Shown: positions 28,193 to 36,678 of the stretch, piece after piece
Position numbering within the stretch: the first letter of the stretch is position 1
How the letters are laid out: the number at the start of each line of letters is the position of its first letter
From: Dehalococcoidia bacterium
GTDB lineage: Bacteria > Chloroflexota > Dehalococcoidia > Lucifugimonadales > UBA3495
Direction of reading: 5' to 3'
NCBI GenBank assembly: GCA_965232895.1
Contig: OZ247430.1
Location: forward strand, 2,730,111 to 2,794,110
DNA length: 64,000 nt
Position numbers and translations under genes: made by a program
Notes under the pieces: generated by a model
What the model saw: only the letters and a program-made list of their open reading frames with translations
Told to the model about the DNA's origin: nothing
The model's database searches: none

Positions 28193-30838
28193 CTATCGAT
28201 TACCACGGCGCCCGCCTGACCTCCGACGAGGGGCCAATCTCCGAACTGCGCGTATCTCATTGGCAAAATCGCGATCTGTGACCGTATATGCGGAGAGATC
28301 TTCGTAGATAGGTGCCGCTAGGTCGTATCGTTTCAGGTATAGATATGTGCGCGCGAGTGCAAGCTTCAACCAAGGAGAAGATGGCATTAGGTCTATGCCC
28401 TCCTGGAGTGTTTGGACCGCTTCTTCCTTTGACCCAGACTGGACCATGGCGTAATTGAGGTTAACATACGAAGCCTCCATGACATTGGCTGGATGCTGCT
28501 CCCAGTGGACTTTCCTGGTTCGCGACCACGGCAGCAGGCGTAATCTCAGAGTCCCCGCAGAGACATCCTCAGCACTCAGGGTCAGGAACATGGCGTCGCA
28601 AATGTTCTCTATTGCTTTTTCGAAATCGTCTTCGTCTATGTGACCCACGCTAAGATTGGACAGAGTGAGCGGAAGGTTGGCGAAGTGGAAGTCAAACGCC
28701 AATTGGAGGTCTTGTTTAGCTTCAGCTCTTTTGTTTAATCCATATCTTACGTAGCCACGGTCGTTATATAGGCGGGCATTTTTACGTCGGTCCGTTTCGC
28801 CAGCTAAGTGTCGGTTCAGGCTTTCCTCGGCTTCGTTGGCCCTGCTGCTGGCGTACAGGTCGTACCATTCTCCGAAGGTTTCTTCTTCCTTCGAATCCGC
28901 TTCGTCGATATTCCTGGCCTCCTCACCGGTTCCCACCACATGTTGGACAGACGCGAGATGCCAGCGTGCCAGCGTACTCATTCCCGTCAACAACTCATCG
29001 ACGCGAGGACCTCCTATCGCGTCGAGTAGTCCGTTGAGACTTGGTAACTTGACTGCGAAGTGCTTCCACCCTTCCACCAATATTTTGCAATCCTCTGCGC
29101 GTTGCCGGAGCGAAAGCAGAGTTGTGTCGGTAATGATGAGGGGCTCATCTTCCAGATAGAAATAGATCTCTATGCCCACTGTCTCACGCGGGTTCTGGAG
29201 GTTTCTAACAAAGAAGTAAACGATGTAATACCGGCCGGGTTTACTCACCAACTCACACGTACCAAACCACTTAGCGAGGAATTCAAGATTCTCGCTGGGT
29301 TCGAAGGGCTCGCCTGCTTGCAGACTTTCCAGCGCTTCGAATCTGGCCATCACCGCCGCAACTTGTTCATCGCTCCCTTGGTCGTGAGTGTTGAAAGTAT
29401 TGATCACTATTGATGGTCGCCTTCCCAATTCCCAGCAGAAAAATCTGACCAACTTTTCAATTCTCTCACCAAAGGGTGTCGGTGGACCCTTGCCTAACAC
29501 GAGGGAGCGTGACAGCCGCCCGTGCTTCCGTATCTCATACCAGAAACGCAAATACAGCGCTAGGAATTCATCTCCCGCCAGGACGCACTTGTCGGTGTCC
29601 TCACTCATCAGTCCGCGAAGCACGAAATCTTCCCGCTTCCGAATTATCGAAGTTTCTCGCCGGAGCAGAGCGGCCTGACTTGTACCCTCGGAACGGAACG
29701 ACTCATCCAGAGCCACGAGGTCGCTTATCGTCCAGTTGGGGTACCGGGTCATGTTGTATAGTGTTTCCAGGTCGACGCTACTCAATGTGCGGATCGCTTC
29801 CACCTTTTGCCGTACATCGTAATCGGTGTAGATGGCGGCAATATTTTCGAGAACATCGTCGAGTGCTTCGATGGCAATATTCAGATCAGCCTGCTGTCCT
29901 TTTTGGTATCTGTTATATATGCTGTTGCAAATAAGCCTTATTTGGTTGGGCTTCCCTTGACTCAGCCTGACAAGATAGTCCATTGTCATTGGACTTACGA
30001 GTTGTCTCTCTTCCTCACTCAGAGGCAACAGCGCACATTCGGCGACATCCGCTTGAGCCGCGAAATTCTCAAGAGGAATGACATCACCCTGAGCAAACAG
30101 GGGTTGCGACCTGTCCGCGAACAGTTGGGAAAGCTCTGTCTCGCCAACGAAAACAATGCCGCATCTTCCAGCCGCCCTGATGGCAGACCGTATCTGTTGC
30201 ACCAATACGCGGGTTGGTACCAAGAGATGGGCTTCGTCGATTATCAGCATCACCCCCTTCGGCCCGCACTCGATAATCGAGCTGACGATGTCGCGAAGAC
30301 CATCATTTACCAAATAATTTGGTGGCACCGGAGGCCGATCTCGTCCATGCGCCCTGAAGAACTCAATCGGGGCCTCATTATTTGTCAATTGGGGAGACTC
30401 TGCCTTAGCGCCCACTCGGAATCCAACCGTCGACGGGGAGGCATTAAGTTCCCGTCTCGCATTTGCAAGCAACCCATGAAAGATTTCATGCCAGAATGCC
30501 CACGGGTCGGCGGCTGTCATATCCATGAGGGTTATCCGGAGAGTAAAAACTTCGTGGCTCTTGCAGATCTCCTGCAAACGGAGCGCCGCGCTCGTCTTTC
30601 CGATTCTGCGTTCTCCCACTATCGCAGACATCGGAGCCACAGCATATCCGGATGCAAGTCTGGAAACCTCCCTTTGGAGTTTGGATAACTCTTCCTTACG
30701 CCCCGCAAATAGGGTAGGATCGGTTACCTCATTGACGTAGTCGTATGGATTGGGTCCTATGCTGCTGGTGTCCACGGCTGTCTCCTCGTTCTCGCTAGAT
30801 ATAGGCATCGGAGCGGATCGCTCAGGACTTCCACGCAT
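28193..30838 (-). CDS. STAND-like P-loop NTPase with C-terminal TPR repeats, no recognisable effector domain
   Basis: FAGRKEELSKL...IVGERRIGKTS (Walker A), GVMLIIDEAHLL (Walker B), and C-terminal TPR-like helices (NARLYNDRGYVRYGLNKRAEAKQDLQLAF; ALARTYLYLKRYDLAAPIYEDL). GC is visibly lower than the flanks. Confidence 0.7.
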   Translation of the reverse strand: MRGSPERSAPMPISSENEETAVDTSSIGPNPYDYVNEVTDPTLFAGRKEELSKLQREVSRLASGYAVAPMSAIVGERRIGKTSAALRLQEICKSHEVFTLRITLMDMTAADPWAFWHEIFHGLLANARRELNASPSTVGFRVGAKAESPQLTNNEAPIEFFRAHGRDRPPVPPNYLVNDGLRDIVSSIIECGPKGVMLIIDEAHLLVPTRVLVQQIRSAIRAAGRCGIVFVGETELSQLFADRSQPLFAQGDVIPLENFAAQADVAECALLPLSEEERQLVSPMTMDYLVRLSQGKPNQIRLICNSIYNRYQKGQQADLNIAIEALDDVLENIAAIYTDYDVRQKVEAIRTLSSVDLETLYNMTRYPNWTISDLVALDESFRSEGTSQAALLRRETSIIRKREDFVLRGLMSEDTDKCVLAGDEFLALYLRFWYEIRKHGRLSRSLVLGKGPPTPFGERIEKLVRFFCWELGRRPSIVINTFNTHDQGSDEQVAAVMARFEALESLQAGEPFEPSENLEFLAKWFGTCELVSKPGRYYIVYFFVRNLQNPRETVGIEIYFYLEDEPLIITDTTLLSLRQRAEDCKILVEGWKHFAVKLPSLNGLLDAIGGPRVDELLTGMSTLARWHLASVQHVVGTGEEARNIDEADSKEEETFGEWYDLYASSRANEAEESLNRHLAGETDRRKNARLYNDRGYVRYGLNKRAEAKQDLQLAFDFHFANLPLTLSNLSVGHIDEDDFEKAIENICDAMFLTLSAEDVSAGTLRLRLLPWSRTRKVHWEQHPANVMEASYVNLNYAMVQSGSKEEAVQTLQEGIDLMPSSPWLKLALARTYLYLKRYDLAAPIYEDLSAYTVTDRDFANEIRAVRRLAPRRRSGGRRGNR

Positions 30839-30932
30839 TCCCCGCCGGCGTCGGACGCCGTTGGTTCCGTGAACCAGCGATATGGTCTGCTATTCTAGGG
30901 AGCACGCTCCCCGGAGTCAACTTATGTGCACA

Positions 30933-30961
30933 CTTTCACCAACAGCCCTGCGTGGTACAAT
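30933..30961 (+). promoter_or_regulatory. Candidate extended -10 promoter (CTTTCA-17-TGgTACAAT)
   Basis: TACAAT at 30956-30961 preceded by a TG-n extended -10 element (TGgTACAAT). It lies 34 nt upstream of the small ORF and is divergent from the STAND gene. Confidence 0.4.
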
Positions 30962-30994
30962 GTTTATGGACTAGACAGCCCTAGGAGAGAATAT

Positions 30995-31165
30995 ATGGCA
31001 GGAGACACGATTGCGAAACAGCCATGGGAGGCTCCGTTGGAACCAGAACCAACGGGCTACCCCGGATCCAATATCGTTGTGCTGGCGGGAGTCACCGGAA
31101 CCGACCTATACGTGCGGACGCAGCGGGATGAGCCGGGCTTAGGAGGATACACCCGCTTCATTTGA
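30995..31165 (+). CDS. Small hypothetical protein (56 aa)
   Basis: ATG 30995 preceded by AGGAGAG. A candidate promoter lies upstream and a clean terminator downstream. Sequence: MAGDTIAKQPWEAPLEPEPTGYPGSNIVVLAGVTGTDLYVRTQRDEPGLGGYTRFI. Confidence 0.5.
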   Translation: MAGDTIAKQPWEAPLEPEPTGYPGSNIVVLAGVTGTDLYVRTQRDEPGLGGYTRFI

Positions 31166-31192
31166 ACCCGGTGCCGCGTCGACCAACTTCAG

Positions 31193-31232
31193 CCCCGAGA
31201 TCAGGTCAACGGCCTGATCTCGGGGCTTCGTT
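31193..31232 (+). terminator. Rho-independent terminator
   Basis: 13-bp perfect stem CCCCGAGATCAGG / CCTGATCTCGGGG with a 7-nt loop, followed by a T-containing tail CTTCGTT. Confidence 0.65.
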
Positions 31233-31265
31233 ATATGCTTCCTTGGCTGTGAATATCTTCCGCTA

Positions 31266-32474
31266 GTACCGTTGCCAGGTAGATTTGTAATAATATACGA
31301 AATCAGCCATAGTTGGGCATGATCTTTCTGTGAGGAAGTGCCCAGCCATGGCTGCCATCAAGTATAGAGTGGAACTGACCGAGGCCGAACGCTCCCGTCT
31401 CAATGAGGTTTCCCAGCGAGGCAAGGCGTCAGTGCGCACCGTGAAGCGGGCGCTGTCGCTGCTCAAGGCTGACCAGGGGGTTAGGGACCGTGAGATAGCC
31501 GATGTGCTGTTGGTCAACACGGCCACGGTCGCCAGAGCGCGGAAGCGGTACGTGGAGGAAGGGCTTGAGGCCGCCATCAATGACCGACCGCGGCCGGGCC
31601 AGGAGCGCAAGCTGGACGGCAAGCAGGAAGCGTACCTGATCGCCATTGCGTGCAGCGCCGCGCCCGAAGGGCACACGCACTGGACACTCCAGTTGTTGGC
31701 TGACCAGGTGGTGGAGTTGGAGTTTGCCGATAGCATCTCCCTGGAGACGGTGCGCCAGATACTCAAAAAAATGAACTCAAGCCCTGGAAGAAGCAAGAAT
31801 GGTGTATCCCCAAGGTGAGCGGGGAGTTCGTGGCGCGGATGGAGGATGTGCTGGACCTGTACCAGCAGGCGTACCATCCGGAGCGTCCGGTAGTGTGTTT
31901 CGACGAGACCTCTCGGCAATTGACTGGGGGAGGTGCGTCCGCCCCTGGCGGCTGCCCCCGGACGGGTGGCACGCTATGATACCGAGTACCAGCGCAACGG
32001 GACACGGAACCTGTTCATGATCTGCGAGCCGCAGGGTGGGTGGAGACATGTGGCGGTGACCGAGCGCCGCACTGCCGTGGACTTCGCGCACCAGATGCGG
32101 TGGCTGGTGGACGAGGCCTACCCTGATGCCGAGGTGGTCAGGCTGGTACTGGACAACCTCAACACCCACAAGCTCGGCGCGCTCTACGAAGCATTCGCAC
32201 CAGGCGAAGCTCGGCGCATCGCCCAACGCCTCGAGTTTCATTACACTCCCACGCACGGCAGCTGGCTGAACATGGCTGAGATCGAGTTGAGCGTCTTCAG
32301 CAGGGGATGTCTGAACCGCCGCATCAGCGATGAGGCGGAGCTGCGGCGAGAGGTTGCGGCCCTCGAACGCGAGCGCAACGCAGCACAATCAGCCATCGAC
32401 TGGCGGTTTACCACCCAGGATGCTCGCCGTAAGCTCCAACATATCTACCCGGCAAGATCAGATTGAAACGGTAC
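31266..32474 (+). mobile_element. IS630/Tc1-family insertion sequence (copy type 2, unrelated ends)
   Basis: Inverted repeats GTACCGTT... and ...AACGGTAC, flanked by TA at 31264-65 and 32475-76. Confidence 0.85.
31330..32466 (+). pseudogene. IS630-family transposase with two frame changes (A7 slippery run and G5 run)
   Basis: A -1 shift at AAAAAAA 31765-31771 restores ...ILKKNELKPWKKQEWCIPK.... A second break at GGGGG 31926-31930 is repaired by removing one G (...SRQLTGEVRPPLAAAPGRVARYDTEYQRNG...). Confidence 0.7.
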
Positions 32475-32608
32475 TAGGTGCCCGATGTCACTGGTGGTCC
32501 GGTTGAGAAATCCCGCACCAGCGTATCGGGCATCTGGTCATTACGGGCAGTGGGCAGGGTCCAACAGACGCGGCACGATGGCCCAAATCTGAATGTACAC
32601 AGACCCTA

Positions 32609-33262
32609 GTGCGGCAGTTGATGCCAGACAGGCTCGCAGATTTCACCCGACACTACGAACAACCGAAATCGCGTAAGGAGATCACTGAAACAAATTACAC
32701 GATTGAGGACTACCTACAAGGTACTGCCGTCCGTCAGGAGATCAAGCCAGAGGCCTCGAAACTCGTGAGGGATTTGTTCGATGAAATACCGAGGCCCGGG
32801 GACCCCACTGCCACCATAGGAAGGGATGCGGCGATCCCGCACCTCCAGCAGCAGGTAAGCATCGTGCGATCAATACAGAAGAGGTTCGACAGTTCGCTGT
32901 TTGACATTCGACAATTGGCTCAAGCCGACCTCTTTGACTCCGAACTGGATGCAGCCAAGGAACTCGCTAAAAACAAGTTCAACCGAGCGGCTGGAACCCT
33001 AGCTGGGGTGGTGCTGGAACGGCATCTCAAAGAGGTGTGCGAGAACCACGGATTAACGGTCCGGAAAAAGGCGCCGCATATATCTGACCTGAACAACGCT
33101 TTGAAAGACGAGAACGTAATTGACATTCCGCAATGGCGATCCATACAACATCTAGGCGACCTACGGAATCTGTGCGTCCACCATAAAGACGCCGAGCCAA
33201 AAGCTGACCAAGTCGAAGACCTTTTGGCAGGAGTGTCAAAGGTGACGAAGACTGTCTTCTGA
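32609..33262 (+). CDS. HEPN-type protein with an R-x4-H motif
   Basis: The C-terminal helical domain RAAGTLAGVVLERHLKEV...HLGDLRNLCVHHKD contains RNLCVH (R186-H191, nt 33164-33181), the canonical HEPN Rx4-6H RNase motif. Confidence 0.55.
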   Translation: MRQLMPDRLADFTRHYEQPKSRKEITETNYTIEDYLQGTAVRQEIKPEASKLVRDLFDEIPRPGDPTATIGRDAAIPHLQQQVSIVRSIQKRFDSSLFDIRQLAQADLFDSELDAAKELAKNKFNRAAGTLAGVVLERHLKEVCENHGLTVRKKAPHISDLNNALKDENVIDIPQWRSIQHLGDLRNLCVHHKDAEPKADQVEDLLAGVSKVTKTVF

Positions 33263-33548
33263 CGCAAGACGCTCGTGCTAAACGCACGACAACCATGGTG
33301 GCAGGCAGTACGCACCGCGGCTGTCAGGGACAACCGCCAAATACTTCCCCGCGTCCCGTCGCCCTAATGCCCACAAATCAGACGAATTTCGTCACGTCCG
33401 ATAACGTCGCTGAAATGAGCTAAAGCGACTGAATTCGCCCTGCCGGCAAAGGCCCGTCAAAACGTCCATTATTTTTGTACGGGCCTAATAATTGCATCGC
33501 GTCGGTTGACACCCGACGAGGAAATCGGATAGGCTTGAGAAGTACACC

Positions 33549-33606
33549 CCCTGTCCGCTTCGGCGACAGGGCGCGAGGCTGCCGTCTGGCAGCCTCAGCT
33601 TTTTTG
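33549..33606 (+). terminator. Two tandem GC hairpins, the second followed by a T6 run
   Basis: Hairpin 1: CCCTGTC...GACAGGG with a UUCG-type loop (33549-33571). Hairpin 2: GAGGCTGCC-GTCT-GGCAGCCTC (33575-33596), then AGCTTTTTT. The structure ends 4 nt before the NYN ATG. Confidence 0.55.
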
Positions 33607-33609
33607 GTA

Positions 33610-34242
33610 ATGTATTCGATTCGCGCCAACATCTACATTGACGGTCTTAACCTGTACTACCGCGCTCTGCAGGCAACGCCCCACCGCTGGTTGGATCTTG
33701 GGCAACTGGTGCGTTTGCTCCTGCCAAACCACTGCATCGGTCGGATACGCTACTTCACCGCTCTGGTCGCCAACCGGCCTGGTGACCCTACTCAGGCGCA
33801 GCGTCAGCAAGCTTACCTCCGCGCTTTGGCGACCGTGCCCGATCTGACCATCCACTATGGCCACCTGTTGGAAAAGACGAAGCGTCGGCCTTTGGTATGT
33901 CCGCCGCAGTCCGGCCCGCGCACTGTGGAGATACTAGATACCGAGGAAAAAGGGTCCGACGTCAATCTCGCCTCCTACCTGCTGTTGGACGGCTTTGACG
34001 ACGAGTACGATCTGGCCGTGGTGATCTCTAACGACTCCGACCTGATGTTGCCCATCAGGATGGTCAGGGACCGGTTGGGGAAGCAGGTGGGCGTCTTCGA
34101 TCCCAGCCGCCGCCGGAGCTTCGAACTGCACGGTGCGGCATCTTGGTATAGACCCCTGCGGCAGGGTCCCCTGAGCGCTAGCCAGTTTCCCGACACCTTC
34201 CCCGACGATCAGGGAATTGTGTCCAAACCCGCCAGTTGGTAA
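33610..34242 (+). CDS. NYN/LabA-like domain protein
   Basis: Start moved to MYSIRANIYIDGLNLYY. EEKGSDVNLASYLL...DLAVVISNDSDLMLPI are NYN acidic motifs. Confidence 0.75.
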   Translation: MYSIRANIYIDGLNLYYRALQATPHRWLDLGQLVRLLLPNHCIGRIRYFTALVANRPGDPTQAQRQQAYLRALATVPDLTIHYGHLLEKTKRRPLVCPPQSGPRTVEILDTEEKGSDVNLASYLLLDGFDDEYDLAVVISNDSDLMLPIRMVRDRLGKQVGVFDPSRRRSFELHGAASWYRPLRQGPLSASQFPDTFPDDQGIVSKPASW

Positions 34243-34602
34243 GGACAGAAAGTACCAGTGAAAGGGTGGATGGAATGAACCACCCAGCCCTTCTGGTAGC
34301 TTCGCGGATGCGACGCTTGGTAGGGAGAACTTCTTTCAGAGTTGTCGCTTGCTGTGCTTCTCGGCGCAGTTGGGGCGGCGCGTTGTGCCGCGGACGGCGA
34401 GGTTCTCGCAGTCTGGGCATATCGCGACGTCCTTCCGTCGCTGCGTGGCCTAAGCGTTTTCTTGGTTCGGCAACTGGGATAATGCCAGCAGGGTGTGTCT
34501 GGGCGCTCCGCGCCCTACCCGCACGGTACGGACTCGGGCGCGTCGGTTGGTGAAGCGTGCGGCGGAGTCGTAGCCGTCACGGATTTTCCGACCAATCGTG
34601 CC

Positions 34603-35376
34603 TCAGATGGGGTCGGCGTCGTCCGGGTCGATCTGGAACTGGCGGGTTGTTGGGATGAAGCCTATCATCCTCACTGTTACGGCATCGGTTCTGGTGTCCT
34701 CGACGACCTCGACGAGCCGGCGATGAGCGTTTTCGACATCGTTTTCGGTCTGGAAACTGACCGTGTCGCCTTCGTACTGCATCGTAAACTGTGCTCGTCT
34801 GTCTTTCATGAGTTTGAGGAACTCCACGACTTTGTTGACGGCTCGGGGGTGCATCACTGCTGCCGCAATCGCCAGTTCGTCGTCTTCCCCTTCCAGCGTT
34901 GCCCGTAGGAGTCCCTGCACGCTGTTGATGGCCTGTTCCGAGGGGCTGGGAATGTTGTTGCTGTCCTCCCTTGGGGGAAGTTCCATCACGAAGCCGAATG
35001 AGCCGAGGGTCACGCCGGTGATGATGGGTTGACCCAGCGCGTTCCTCGGGATCTGCCCGGTCCACTTGAGTTCGCCCGTGGCGCTTCCGGTCGTCAACCT
35101 GATGCTGTCGCTGGCGATGGTGACGGCCTCTGCGCCGAAGTTGGCGTCGATGCCTGAGTTTGACTGTACGGGTTCTCCGCGGAATGAGGTCAACCACCGT
35201 CTCGGTCTAGGCGGCACCGGCACGCCTTCGATTTTCTGCTGGGCGCGTTCCAAGCGGTATTCGAACCCGTACCGTTCGGTGGCGCGTTCTTCGGGTAATC
35301 CTTCCAACAACCGTTTGAGGGTGCTGATCTCGGCCGCGTACGACATGTACTCGGCGTGGGACATTTGAGTGCTCAT
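34603..35376 (-). CDS. Hypothetical 257-aa protein, downstream partner of the NTase-like gene
   Basis: Protein-like composition. N-terminal helices (AEISTLKRLLEGLPEE...RLERAQQKIEG). No domain recognised. Its ATG overlaps the upstream stop (ATGA at 35373-35376). Confidence 0.55.
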   Translation of the reverse strand: MSTQMSHAEYMSYAAEISTLKRLLEGLPEERATERYGFEYRLERAQQKIEGVPVPPRPRRWLTSFRGEPVQSNSGIDANFGAEAVTIASDSIRLTTGSATGELKWTGQIPRNALGQPIITGVTLGSFGFVMELPPREDSNNIPSPSEQAINSVQGLLRATLEGEDDELAIAAAVMHPRAVNKVVEFLKLMKDRRAQFTMQYEGDTVSFQTENDVENAHRRLVEVVEDTRTDAVTVRMIGFIPTTRQFQIDPDDADPI

Positions 35377-35984
35377 AATTGGATCTCGCTCAGTGCCTGG
35401 CGCGCTTCAGGGTCGTGTTCGGGGTCGAGATTGACCTGGACGAAACCTTTGGGCATTTGGTCTTCTCGTCGGGTTGACCACATGCCGTACCAATATGCAA
35501 CGGATTCGACAAGGTGGTTTGTCGTCGGCGTGCCCATGACCAGGTTGAACGCGTCGATGTTGTACCGGTCCCGTATCATCGAAGTGCGGAACAGGTCGTG
35601 GAATTCCGGTGGCTGATCGTCAGGTTGATGGTAGAAGGTTACGACGTCGATGTCGTATGGCTTGGGTTCTTTCCCTGGCCGGTCCCTGGCTTCGACGTGC
35701 TCGACGAAACTGCCGTTGATCCATTGGAAGCCCTCGGTGACGCCAACGGCGTAGAGGGCTTCCCTGTAGTCCATCAGATCATGGAGTAGTTTCACTCGCT
35801 CCGGTGTGGTGGCGAATCTCTCGACCAATTGGAGCAGTGTGGCCTCGTAGGGAGATCGGTTTTCCGGCAGGTCCTGTTGTTCAGGTGGAACGGGTCCGAC
35901 GGGTGGGATGACATGCAATTCCCAATCTGGTATGACCACTGCGCATTTTCCGCCTTTGGCCGGTACTCGATGGTCGTCGAGCAC
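35373..35984 (-). CDS. Pol-beta-superfamily nucleotidyltransferase-like protein
   Basis: PYEATLLQLVERFATTPERVKLLHDLMDYREAL...FQWINGSFVEHVEARDRPGKEPKPYDIDVVTFY. This is a G-S ... D-x-D arrangement (S92 to D111) typical of minimal NTases, though with a longer spacer. Confidence 0.5.
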   Translation of the reverse strand: MLDDHRVPAKGGKCAVVIPDWELHVIPPVGPVPPEQQDLPENRSPYEATLLQLVERFATTPERVKLLHDLMDYREALYAVGVTEGFQWINGSFVEHVEARDRPGKEPKPYDIDVVTFYHQPDDQPPEFHDLFRTSMIRDRYNIDAFNLVMGTPTTNHLVESVAYWYGMWSTRREDQMPKGFVQVNLDPEHDPEARQALSEIQL

Positions 35985-36121
35985 CGGGCGTTCTTATCGG
36001 CCGGCCGAGGGGTGTCGGCGTGTGACCGGCAGGTTGTTGGCGGTGAGTTTAGGCGTAGCCACGTGCGCGGGCAATATGTTGCGGTCAGAGATTGGACCGC
36101 TGCCGCTAGTCGTCGGTGCTT

Positions 36122-36568
36122 TTAGTTGTCGCGACGCGAGTTGCGACGCTTTTTGACGCAATCGGGGCACCTGGTTTGTCCTTCGACAGCACGGCTGGGG
36201 CAGTCGATGCAGATGCCGCGTTCTTTTCGGTTCTGGCGTCTTTTGACTGCGCGTTGCCGTCGTCGCTTCTTGAGCTCCTCAGGCGTCAGGCGGGCACGTT
36301 TGGGGTTCTTTGTTTTGACGGCTTTGCTGGGCTTCGTGGCTGATGGCGCCGGCTCAGGCGTCGACAGAGCATTAAGGGACTTTACGGTCTTGGCCTTGGG
36401 TGTCGGCTCCGCTTGATAGTGCGGGTTGACGGGCATCTCCAAGTCGAACTCGTACCCGAAGGTGTGCCCTCCCACCCACTTGTGCGGGCTCATCCATGGA
36501 TCAATCACACGACCAGAGGAAGCATCCCATCCTATTTTTGCGATCGAAACGTTCATCGCTTGTGGCAT
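36122..36568 (-). CDS. Hypothetical protein with basic linker and C-terminal CxxC...CxxC zinc ribbon
   Basis: C-terminus KKRRRQRAVKRRQNRKERGICIDCPSRAVEGQTRCPDCVKKRR. Confidence 0.45.
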   Translation of the reverse strand: MPQAMNVSIAKIGWDASSGRVIDPWMSPHKWVGGHTFGYEFDLEMPVNPHYQAEPTPKAKTVKSLNALSTPEPAPSATKPSKAVKTKNPKRARLTPEELKKRRRQRAVKRRQNRKERGICIDCPSRAVEGQTRCPDCVKKRRNSRRDN

Positions 36569-36678
36569 ACTTTGGCCGGCACTACCGATAGTTCACGACA
36601 GACCGACCGCTGGCTAACGCCGGACCTGAAAATGGGTCCGCGTATTCGCAGCGGCCGGCCACATCTCCGAGGACCTCA

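Noticed and set aside
24488-32474. Composite transposon formed by the two IS630 elements flanking the low-GC islet
   Set aside because: The two elements have unrelated terminal repeats and transposase sequences, and each has its own TA duplication. They are independent insertions.
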